From NCBI RefSeq assembly GCF_006345805.1, contig NC_043016.1, forward strand, positions 19,778,001 to 19,842,000: 64,000 bases of DNA, given 5' to 3'. The stretch is from Octopus sinensis. Its lineage: Eukaryota. The position numbers and the translations under genes were made by a program. Under the pieces are notes generated by a model. The model had not been told where the DNA came from. It was given only the letters and a program-made list of their open reading frames with translations, and did not search any database. Each line of letters starts with the position of its first letter. The stretch's first letter is position 1. Positions 51,446-62,994 of this stretch are shown here, one piece after another.

Positions 51446-53755
51446 AGTGATGGTCACAGATGGAATGCCTTATCATAGATCTGATACATTTAGGCAGACT
51501 TGAGATTTTAAACGACAGTGACATAACTTTTGCTTCTTGACTGAGTGACTAAATGATAAGATGGGTGTATAGTTGTGAAGATAGTCACTCTGAGAGAGAG
51601 AGAAATTTGTACTGGCATAAAAAGGATATGAGTGTGTATATATGCATGTATGTATGTGTGTCATGTTTCTCCCAACGAATTGTGAAATAAATACTTTTTA
51701 AATTCATTAAGAAATATTATCAACACCCACTGACAAATAGAAAAAATATTTATAATATTCAACCTATGCCATTTAATGTGTGTGTGTGTGTGTGTGTGTA
51801 TGTAATCATTGTCATTTTAACATCTACTTTCCTCTGCTTGACTTGGTCAAATGGAATTCAATGAGGCAGATTTTCTACTGCCAGGGCTATAGAACAAGAC
51901 ACTTGCCCAAAGTGCCATGCTGTGGGACTGAACCTGAAACCATATGGTTGTGAAGCAAACTTTTTAACCTTGCAGACATGTCTGCACCTATTATGTGTGT
52001 GTGTGTGTGTGTATGTGTACAGTGCATGTAGGTACAGACAAGAAATTCCAGACAGTACTTAATGATGAGGAGCAAGAATTATTTATGGTTATTACAGATA
52101 GTACCTCACATCTAGTTCAACTTTCACATTCTCAGTCATAAGACTGGCTATGAAATGTCTTTATATTATGTGTGTGTGTGTGTTTGTGTATGTGTGTGGC
52201 ATAATCTCAGATATGAGCCAGGTAGGCATCATGCTCACAGGTTATGCAGATGATTGGGAATTCTAAGTCTCTAGTAAAGAATTTGTGAAGGCTTTTGGCT
52301 TAGTGGTTAAGGTATTTGGCTCGTGATTGTAAGGTCATGAGTTCAATTTCCAGTGACGCATGTCCTTGAGCAAGACACTTTATTTCACGTTGCTCCAGTC
52401 AACTCAGCTGGCAAATTTGAGTTGTACCTGTAGTTCAAAGGGGCCAGTTTTGTCACATTCTGTGTCACACTGAATCTCCCCTAGAGCTACTTTAAGGGTA
52501 CACGTGTCTGTGCAGTACTCCGCCACTTGAATGTTAATTTCACTAGCAGGCTGTTCTGTTGATTGGATCAACTGGAACCTTCATCATCATAACTGAAGGA
52601 GTGCCAGAGTAAAGAATATACAATTAAAATAGACCAGTGATTAGTGATAGTAGGGAACATGCTAAATAGACTCTGAGGTGCAAGCCAAACTGAAGAAGAA
52701 TGGCATGGAAGCTAAAAGATTTCCCAGAAATACAAGTTTAAAGCAGTACAAGACAGTGCTTTTTGCAAGAAGGAAAAGGAATAGCAATTTATGCTATAGA
52801 ACATCAAGTTTTAGACAATGCCAAGCCATGGATCATTGGAACAAATAGGAAGAAGGAATTATTAAATTTTATTTCTATTTTGTTGAGTCTTGCAGTCTGC
52901 AGAGTGTATTTCTATTATATATTTAGTAATTAAATTATGCATTTTATTGTTATGTGCATGATCCCTTGGTCTGTGGACCCCAAAAAGTGTTAGAGATTGC
53001 TGATGTAGAAGACAACTAAGAATTTCTGGAAATTAATCTGCAAATAGCAAGGAACAACATCCACTTGATAGAAGAATAGCTAGATATTAGCTGTATGTAA
53101 TTTTGAGAGAAGAAGCAGAAAATAAAATGTTTGCCAATATTCTGAAACGTTAAGAATCAGCATTTCGCCTGGCATGCTAACGTTTCTGCCAGCTCGCCGC
53201 AGTACCACTGATGTTTTCATTTTAGTAAAGCGGCTACAAGGAAAATTTTTAGTAAAGAGCGAGTCCCTATACCTAATTTGTTTATGTGAGAAGGCCTTTG
53301 AGTTCAATACTCTATTGTTTGGTGGTTGCTAGGAAAACTAGATGTAAATGAATGGCTTCCGAGATGTTATCAGAGATGTTAGCAACAGTTTTATCAAGGT
53401 ATTTAGCTTGAAACCAAGTGGTCTTCAGTTCACTTTAGTCTGTTATAGTTCTCCTGAACATACCTAAGAAGTTTAGGACCAATTGGTCATGCCAGAGGTC
53501 TCAACCTAAATCTTTTAAAGTCGTAGAAGAAAATTCAGATGTAAATAGAAAACCTAGAACCCTGCTATTGTTTATGGGTTGAAAGGTGAGTATGTATGTG
53601 CAAGAGCTTATGTGTGCATGTGTATGTATGAATCATCATTGTCGTCGTCTATATATATATATATAAGTAAATATGAGAGTGATAGTACTATCAAAATACC
53701 ATTACTAGTGGCAGCGAATATCAGCCGTACAGGCAAAATTAATTTTATATATATA

Positions 53756-53950
53756 TAATTAAAAATGAGGGTGTCTAAAAGACACCAACATGCCGAAATA
53801 GCAGTCGAAACACTGACTATAGTACCACGTTAAATGTTCATATCGCACCATCACCATGGTGCGATATGGACATTTAACGTGGTACTATAGTCAGTGTTTC
53901 GACTGCTATTTCGGCATGTTGGTGTCTTTTAGACACCTCATTTTTAATTA
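53756..53950. repeat. Near-perfect 195-bp palindrome
   Basis: Arms of about 95 bp with a 4-nt loop (CACC), one substitution and one 1-nt indel. Confidence 0.95.
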
Positions 53951-54905
53951 TTAAAAAATTTTTTTACCTTTGTAAGGTATTTCTTTCATGCTGGCCACTT
54001 GATAATTTCGACACTTAAATATCGATATTATCCTCATATATAAATTTATATATATATATATATATAATATACACATATTAATGTAGTACCCTTGTGTGTA
54101 TATATATGTACCTGTCTTATATGTATATATATATTTTATATAAATATATATTTATGTATATATATTTATATATATATTTGTGTGTGTATATATATATATA
54201 CATCACATGTGTATGTATAAACAAACTTACATTTGTTTTTATTAGAAGCATCAAATGTGTATATTTATCTGCATACACACATATTCTGCATGTATCTATG
54301 TATGTCTGCACATGTGTGTATATATACATATTGATGTTTACTCATACATAAACGAATATGTGTGTGTGTGTATCTATATATATATATACATATACATACA
54401 CACACACATATGCACACACCTGTGCACACTGTAAGTTAAGCCTAGGTATAGCCCATAAGTAATCAGTAGATAAGTTGCTTTGGTAGAGAAGTAGAAGATA
54501 TTACCTCATTTCATTAAAAGATCAACAAAGTGGAGGAAGGAAAAGGTAAGACTGCATCTATTTCTCTTTGGTTTTCGCTGTTGATACTACAAACCATTTG
54601 ATTGTATAGAATACCTGGGGACCATGAATGGCAGTAAATGCCAATAGATGAACCTAGGTGTGTACTACATAATAGATGTATTGAGCAGTCCTTTGTATTA
54701 GTGGTTTGTCAAATTGTATTTTTTTTTTCTCTCTCACCTGTAATGGTTTTGTGTTGAAAGGGCAAACTCCTTCCTTTGCCCTTCCCAGTTCTTATACAAT
54801 TAGTGAAAGGAATGTGTTTACATTAATCTCAGGATGGAAGCCTGACCCATGAAGTATACATTGTAAACCAGTAGTGTTTGGTGAAACTATAAAGATAGAC
54901 TCTAA

Positions 54906-55133
54906 GGCGGCAAGCTGGCAGAAACGTTAGCATGCCGGGCGAAATGCTTAGTGGTATTTTGTCTGCCGCTACGTTCTGAGTTCAAATTCCGCCGAGGTCA
55001 ACTTTGCCTTTCATCCTTTCGGGGTCGATAAATTAAGTACCAGTTCACTGGGGTCGATGTAATCGACTTAATCCGTTTGTCTGTCCTTATTTGTCCCGTC
55101 TGTGTTTAGCCCCTTGTGGGTAGTAAAGAAATA
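54906..55133 (+). mobile_element. OK-type SINE
   Basis: Full length. TATAAAGATAGA is repeated near both ends. Confidence 0.85.
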
Positions 55134-55734
55134 TATAAAGATAGATTTGAAACATGTTCAGAGTTATTCTCCCATTCTTACTGGAATAATCAAAAATCAA
55201 AATGATATTATTAATGACTAATATGGTCTTCTACTATAAGGACAGTTATTTCCTGTTTGTATTTTAATGCTACTTACATTAACAATTTTGTTACCACATT
55301 TCTTTTGGAATATACTGCTTTTTGTTTCGATGAGTTTCGAAAATGATGAAGAATTTAGTAAAAGTAACTTGGTCATTAAGCTTGTGTTTGGAACATGAAA
55401 GTTTCGTAGAAAGTTTTAATTTAGATCACTTCTTTAAAACAGGTTTGTACCAAAATGGTTATATGAGTTAAGACTCAAAGACCTATTGTTTTCTCTCTAC
55501 CTCCCACCACCACCACCACCATGAGGATGGTGTCTGCATGAATTACTCTTTTAATATGCACAATTATGCATACATACATTCATACATACATTCAAAAATA
55601 TATATACTTTTTTTTTATTAAAGCTGCAAAATTATCTCAAAACAGTTCTGTGATAATTTTGCAGCTTTAATAAGAAGTATATTACTCTACCTTTGGTATT
55701 TGAGTACTATTTTTCCCACCTTCTTTTGCACTTA

Positions 55735-56052
55735 TATACTCGCCTGTGTGTATGTGTGTACACGCGTGTGTTACACACATGCATACACACATCTCAATCC
55801 AATATATATTGGTGGGGAACCTATAAACCGGGAAACCGGCCCTTATGAGCCAGGCATGGCTCAAGAAGGAACAAGCAACAAAAAAATATATACTCGCCTG
55901 TGTGTATGTGTGTACACGCGTGTGTTACACACATGCATACACACATCTCAATCCAATATATATTGGTGGGGAACCTATACGCCAAGAAACCAGGAAACCG
56001 GCCCTTATGAGCCAGGCATGGCTCAAGAAGGAACAAGCAACAAAAAAATATA
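55735..56052 (+). repeat. Two-copy tandem duplication (about 154 and 164 bp)
   Basis: tatactcgcctg...aacaagcaacaaaaaaa occurs twice. The second copy has about 10 extra bp. Confidence 0.9.
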
Positions 56053-56134
56053 TATTGTATTTTTAAATCAAGTCTACAAAGAGATTTTATCTATCAATTC
56101 CACAATATCATACCTTCTAATGGTGTGCAGATAG

Positions 56135-56169
<35 letters not shown>

Positions 56170-57029
56170 TTGTAGTTGTGGCTGAGTGGTTTTGAAGTTC
56201 AGTTCCCTACTACATGCTTTCACGTTCAGTTCCATGGCATAGCACCTTGGGCAAGTATTTTGTACTCCAACCCCCAGGCCATTCAAAGCCTTATGAGTGG
56301 ATCTGATAGATGAAAATTGAAAGAAGCCCATCATGTGTGTGCATGAGTACATGTATGTTTTTATCTCCTTGTCTTGGCTTTGAGTGTTGTAAATAAATGT
56401 CATTCATTTCTTATATTCTGTGAAGAATATTTCTGACCATGGAGAAATATTACCTTGCTTGGAATCAGGTAAGAGTCACATCAGAAGGGCATCTGGCTGT
56501 ATAAAATCTACTTCAATGAACTCCATCTAACCCATGAAACCATGGAAAAGTGGATGTTAAAACAATTATGATGATGGTATTTGTATGTGTGTTTGTGGCT
56601 ACAACATTTATATGATATGTATTTCCACCCATACAAACGTATACACATTTTCTCACATGTAATTTATGTGGTAATATATGATCCAAATGTGGAACTATGG
56701 TAATAAGGTCAAGACATCCCAGATGGCATCAGTGACATTTCATCATTGTTGTAGGGTGTTGTATTGTGAGAAGTTGCCAGAATTGTTGTGATCTCCAGTT
56801 GGCCTACAGTGCAAATAAATTGTATGTCCATCCTATATATTTATGCATGTAAAATTATCATTTTTATTGTAATTTTTAAAATGTCTTTTCTTGCCTGCAT
56901 TGATCAGACAATTTTGCATCATCTTGTCATCGTTGCACTTGTCAGGGTGCTTAGCACCATTCATCACGTCCATACACAGTAGCAGAGAGAACCGACTTTT
57001 TTTGTTTTTTTAGAAAGCAGGGGTTAAGT

Positions 57030-57758
57030 GACCCATCCGTTCGTGTCCGCTGTCAGCCTCGTCTGGCACCTGTGCCGGTGATACGTAAAAGCACTATTCG
57101 CTCGTGGCCGTTTGCCAGCTCTGCCTGGCCCCGTATCGGTGGCACGTAAAAGCACCATCCGTTCGTGGCCGTTTGCCAGCTCTGTCTGGCCCCGTGTCGG
57201 TGGCACGTAAAAGCACCATCCGTTTGTGTCCGTTGCCAGCCTCGGCTGGCCCCCGTGCCGGTGACACGTAAAAGCACCGTCCGCTCGTGGCCGTTTGCCA
57301 GCTCTGTCTGGCAACCGTGTCGGTGGCACGTAAAACACCATCCGTTTGCGTCCGTTGCCAGCTTCGGCTGGCCCCCATGCCGGTGACACGTAAAAGCACC
57401 GTCCGTTCGTGGCCGTTTGCCAGCTCTGTCTGGCCCCGTGTCGGTGGCACGTAAAAGCACCATCCGTTCGTGTCCGTTGCCAGCATCGCCTGGCCCCGTG
57501 CCGGTGACACGTAAAGGCACCATCCGTTCGTGGCCGTTCGCCAGCTCTGTCTGGCACCTGTGCAGGTGGCACGTAAAAAACACCCACTACACTCGCGGAG
57601 TGGTTGGCGTTAGGAAGGGCATCCAGCCATAGAAACACTGCCAGATCTGACTGGGCCTGACGAAGCCTTTCAGCTTCACAGACCCCAGTTGACCCGTCCA
57701 ACCCATGCTAGCATGGAAAGCGGACGCTAAACGATGATGATGATGATGATGATGATGA
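57030..57758 (+). repeat. GC-rich minisatellite (9 units of 60-62 bp) fused to an RTE-type 3' tail
   Basis: The cacgtaaaagcac motif recurs about every 61 bp from about 57082 to 57570, followed by the standard tail and (GAT)n. Confidence 0.9.
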
Positions 57759-58069
57759 TATGTTTTTCCCCACCCTCAACCACTGAACCACCAGTAGAAG
57801 AGAGATTTTCTGTGGCCAGTCTAAAGAGTTCCCTTTGTCTGTTCTTATTCAGAATAACTGCTCCCCTAGATGAACTGCCCGCAATGTTGCTTATATGGAT
57901 GTAATCATGAATTTATACCTGGCTATTTTTAAAATATGCTATAGATTGAACTATTTTTGTTACTGCTTCTCTTACAGAGTCTGTTAGATGTATTTTATCT
58001 TGCTACAAATACTACAGTGGTTGTTTCATGTTGGATGATTAACCAGTTTTCTTATATTTATGTTGAAAT

Positions 58070-58550
58070 CATCATCATCATCAACATCGTTTAACATCCG
58101 CTTTCCATGCTGGCATGGGTTGGATGATTTGACTGAGGACTGGCGAACGAGATATCTGCACCAGGCTCCAATCTGATCTGGCAGAGTTTCTACAGCTGGA
58201 TGCCCTTCCTAACACCAGCCGCTCCAAGAGTGTAGTGGGTGCCTTTATGTGCCACCGGCATGAGGGCCAGTCAGGCGGTACTGGCAACAGCCATGCTCAA
58301 ATGGTACTTTTTTATGTGCCACCTGCACAGGAGCCAGTCCAGCGGCACTGGCAACGACCACGCTTGAATGTTGTTTTTCACATGACACCAGCACAAGTGC
58401 CAGTAAAGCGATGCTGGTAACGACCACGCTCGAATGGTGCTTTTTACGTGCCGCTGGCACGGAATCCATTTAGTTGCTCTGGCAACGATCACACTCGGAT
58501 GGTGCTCTTTGCGCTCCTCTAGCATGGATGCCAGTCATCGAATATGATTT
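58070..58550 (-). mobile_element. RTE-tail element with roughly 60-bp subrepeats
   Basis: Same family as 51081-51445, with more subrepeats. Confidence 0.8.
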
Positions 58551-58743
58551 CGATTTCACTTGCCTCAACAGGTCTTCGCAAGCTACCTTTGTTTCAATTA
58601 ATTTTTAAAATAATGGAGACTTTATTAAAATATCTCTGTCATTATAAAGCTGGTGTCTAGAATACAAATTAACATGAGATTTTGATGTAGGTTTTAGACC
58701 ACTTTAAAACTGAATTTGTATCATAGTACCAGGGACAGTTTTA

Positions 58744-58974
58744 GGCGGCGAGCTGGCAGAAACGCTAGCACGCCGGGTGAAATGCGTAGCCGTATTTCGT
58801 CTGCCGTTACGTTCTGAGTTCAAATTCTGCCGAGGTCGACTTTGCGTTTCATCCTTTCGGGGTTGATAAATTAAGTACCAGTTACGCACTGGGGTCGATA
58901 TAATCAACTTGATCCGTCTGTCTGTCCTTGTTTGTCTCCTCTGTGTTTAGCCCCTTGTGGGTAGTAAAGAAATA
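58744..58974 (+). mobile_element. OK-type SINE nested in a TTAA-ended (piggyBac-like) MITE remnant
   Basis: Full-length and CpG-rich. The host remnant ends gtatcaaaagggTTAA at about 58995. Confidence 0.85.
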
Positions 58975-59865
58975 GGTTGGTATCAAAAGGGTTAAAAGTC
59001 CGCCATCCCTCTAGTTGTACCCATAAAATTTAGAGTCACTGTTCTCTTTATTAGTTAACTCAAAATGCAGCTTGCAGAATTTGCTTACTTGTTTATAATC
59101 AGCCATTGTTTTCTCCTAATATATAGAAACATCAGACATCCCAGAGCAACTAACTAATGTATGTCTGAATTGTATCTTAACTTCCTAGAAATAGCAGCCA
59201 AATTTGCCTTGAATCACACCCCTACCATTTTAAAGAAATATAGGATATATTGGATAATGTACTCCTCGATATATACTATGTCTAAAGTAGAGGTGAGATG
59301 GCCACAGCTGGAACATCTTTGAGGTCTACTGGTTCAAGGCTACCTTGGAGGCTAAACAACAACAACAGTTACTTGTACATCTGCATTTCTGCCCAGCCTC
59401 TCCAGACATGTATTTAAGCAAACATCCATAATTAACTTCATCTCAAATATATTCATGGAAAAGAGTTTTATTCTGTAGGGAGACAAGAACCCTAATTCTT
59501 TTTTTTTTTTTTAACAAAACTTCATTTTTTTTACTTCTTTCAAATAAAAAAAAAAAGAAAGAAAACGTTTATCATTTGAATAGAGTTGTAGGAGGGAAGA
59601 GGTAGGGTAACCAAGCATAAAGGATGTTGACGGGGGAGGGGAGGTGGCAGTGACTAATGTGACTGAGGTAGGACATTTATGAGTTTCTTACTAATTCCCA
59701 AAAATTTTGCCCCAGCCCCAGCAGACCACCACTTCTTTCCTCAGTGATTTTTTTTTCTCTCTCTCTCTCTCCCCCACCACATTTACATATTTATACATAT
59801 TTCTACTGAACTTTAGTGGGTTACAAGATCTGTACTGTAGATCTTTGATCATCTCTTAGCTTTTT

Positions 59866-60259
59866 TTTTACTTGTTTCTGTCATCTGGCTGTGGCCAAGC
59901 TGGAGCACTGCCTTGAATCTTTTTTACTTTTTAAAGTTTGGTACTTAGTCACTTTTTCTACACTGCTAGGCTACAGGGATGTAAACACACCAGCACCAGT
60001 TGTCAAGCAGTGGTAGGGGACATAAAGACACACACACACATATATGTATATATATATATATATCATATATCAGCGCTTTCGTCCATTCTAGTGGAGTGTT
60101 CAATTTGAAAACTCCACTAGAATGGACAAAAGCGCTAATATATGATATATGATGTATAAAAACATGTAATATACAGATAAATATCTGTAAATATAAAACC
60201 ATCCGAATTTCTGAGTACTTCATTTCTAATATAAAATACCTGTACATCATCTCCAAACC

Positions 60260-60311
<52 letters not shown>

Positions 60312-60425
60312 ACTCTTTCAGTTTCTGTCGACAAAATCTGCTCTGAAGGCTTTGGTTGGTCCAAGATTATAGTAGAAGACACTTGCCCAAGGTGCCACAT
60401 AGTGGGATTGATCCCGGAACCATGT
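59866..60425 (-). mobile_element. OR-type SINE with a roughly 200-bp insertion in its (TA)n tract
   Basis: The SINE halves flank 60058-60265. Confidence 0.7.
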
Positions 60426-60500
60426 AGCTGTAGATTTACTTGTTACGCAGTAATGTGTTGTGTTCTCAAGTTAACATACAACATTGTATAATCGGTACCC

Positions 60501-60506
60501 TCCTCT

Positions 60507-60588
<82 letters not shown>
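60501..60588 (+). repeat. (CT)n microsatellite
   Basis: Imperfect CT tract. Many other (TA)n, (CA)n, (AAT)n and (CAT)n tracts occur across the window (for example 9520-9650, 17975-18230, 47815-47890). Confidence 0.95.
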
Positions 60589-60590
<2 letters not shown>

Positions 60591-60750
60591 GGGCCATTGA
60601 CAACAGCCAGAAATTGAATCAGTGAACCAGTGTCACAGGATTGACTTGGTGAGAATATCAGCACTCTATGACCCTTGTGGTAGACATGCATGTTCCCTCC
60701 TCTCCTTTTTTATTTGTAGATTGGCATAATTAGAGTGAGACGCAAGTACC

Positions 60751-60798
60751 ATGGCCTTTTTTCCTGGGCCTTTGAGACTAGCAGGAGGAAGTGTGGGA
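60751..60798 (+). CDS. Candidate alternative start exon (MAFFPGPLRLAGGSVG)
   Basis: Acceptor ttttttatttgtAG at 60718-19, strong Kozak context ACCATGG, upstream in-frame TAA, and donor GGA|GTAAGT at 60799. Ends in phase 0, like exon 43798-44417. Confidence 0.35.
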
Positions 60799-61883
60799 GT
60801 AAGTTATCCTCAGACTACAGGCTGCACCTCTCCACCAAAAAGTTTTCACATACCCTCACACACACACACACACTTTTATAACTTTTAACATATGTATTTT
60901 TATATCTACACAAACACAAAAACCAAATTAAAGACACAACTCACGCACACACACACACAACTCATACATACACACACAAACACACACACACAACTCATAC
61001 ATACACACACAAACACACACACACAGATACACACACACGTACATATAAGAGCACAGAGATATGTTATTGGGAAAATGAGTATAAAAGAATCTGTCAGGAG
61101 CTCATTCCTGTGAGGAACAAAACTTTGGAGCTTTTTAAAAAAATTTTAAATAAAGTTTTAATTCCAAGTGAATAATGGTATTTCTGGCTCGGTTGTCAGT
61201 GTTGTGTTCACAATCATGAGACAGTGAGTTCAATTCCCAGACTGGGCTGTATGTTGTATTCTTCAGCAAGAAACTTTATTTCATGTTGCTCCAGTTCACT
61301 CATCTGTAGAAATGAATGGTGCCAAGCTATATCGACCTTTGGTGATGGGAGGCTGGTATGCTGGCCTTCCACAAACAACCTTGCCCAGACTTGTGCCTTA
61401 GAGGGGGACTTTCTAGGTGCAATTCCATGGTCATTCATGACCAAAAGGAGTCTTTACCCTTCACTCAAACAGCCAGAAATAACTCACAACAAATCTCTTT
61501 CAAATCACTTCCCCCTGCTCACGGAACCCTTTTGATACAAAGTCATCCGAGATCACTCCTGTTTCTATGATACAAACTTCCAGTTTTAAATCGATCAAAA
61601 TCAAAACTTCCTATCAAAATTTCATATTGATTTTATTCTAAATACCCAGCTTAGTAATGACAAAATTACTTTACTAAATTCTTCGTTTTTTTTTCAAAAT
61701 TAATGGTAACAATACAATTCAGTGAGGAAAAGTGGGCACATTAGATAAGATACTCTTAGGTAAACTGAACAATGTAGCTTTACAAAAAGACAGGGTAGTC
61801 ACAATTGGAATAAATGAGCAAATCTCAGTGCATTCACTCAGCCTGTTGGAAATAGCAGCCAAATCTCCCTCTAATCACACTGC

Positions 61884-62205
61884 TCAAAATCTCTCGTGGA
61901 AGCGTCATCCAACCAAAGTAGAAATATATGGGAAATTACCACCTGTATCATCTCTTGTGAAGGGTGGAAGAGTCCAGTTTGCTGGACATTGTTGTAGAGC
62001 TGAAAACGAGGTAATTTCTACTCTTCTCCTCTGGAAGCCATCTGCTCGCAATACCAGAGGGCGCACACTCTCCTACCCTGATGTAATCTCCAGGGATACA
62101 GGCATCCAGCAACAGGACCTCCGTAATGTTATAATGGACCGTGAGGTCTGGCATAACATAGTAAATTCCAATGTCTCGACCACGGTCGAACAATGATGAT
62201 GATGA
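61884..62205 (+). mobile_element. 5'-truncated RTE-like LINE, second family
   Basis: RVQFAGHCCRAENEVISTLLLWKP...RGRTLSYPDVISRD...MDREVW, with the stop codon running into a (GAT)n tail. Confidence 0.75.
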
Positions 62206-62943
62206 CTATCTCAGAAGAGGAAAGTCACATTAGATATGATGTGATGTAGTCTGAAATATTATTGTTGCTTTCTGTCCTCTTTTTCACTCATTATTATTAA
62301 GTTAGTGCATGCTAATTCAAGTAGCAGGAATTTTATCTTGAGGTTTGGTGATGAGTTTCCCCAAATCTCAAGAATTTTTCTTAGGATTCCTGCACAATAT
62401 AGGGTGGTACTTTTCTGCAGGCTGACAATGCAAATCCTTAAGACAAGCGAGTTGGTAGAATTATTAGCACGCTGAGCAAAATGCTTAACAGGATTTCATG
62501 TTTTTACATTGTGGGTTCAAATTCCGGTGAGGTTGACTTTGCCTTATATCCTCAAGGTTGATAAAATAAGTACCAGTTGAGAACTGGGGTCGATGTAATC
62601 AACTAGTCCCCTTCCCTGAAATTTCAGGCCTTGTGCCTACAGTAGAAAAGATTATTATTAGTAGTAGTATGGGATTGTTGGAGAAAAAATAAGTGAATTA
62701 GAAATGCTGCCTATATGAGACAGTAGTGTGGTGGTGGTGGGGGGAGATATGGCTGCTATTTTTGGGGCTACAAGAAATAATACCCAGATTTCCCTCATAT
62801 TCACCTCCATTCACCCCACTTCTAAAGTCTTAAATGCAAAGGATTCAGAAGGAACATCTTGGGTTATGGGATTACTACTCAATAATGCATGACCTGAAGC
62901 CAAATAACAACCTGCTTCTACCTTTTTTCTCTACACATAAATT

Positions 62944-62994
<51 letters not shown>

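Noticed and set aside
57024-57701. Long ORFs (225, 176 and 138 aa) and a CRISPR-like periodicity
   Set aside because: They arise from a GC-rich 61-bp tandem repeat with no unique spacers and no cas genes, in a eukaryotic context.
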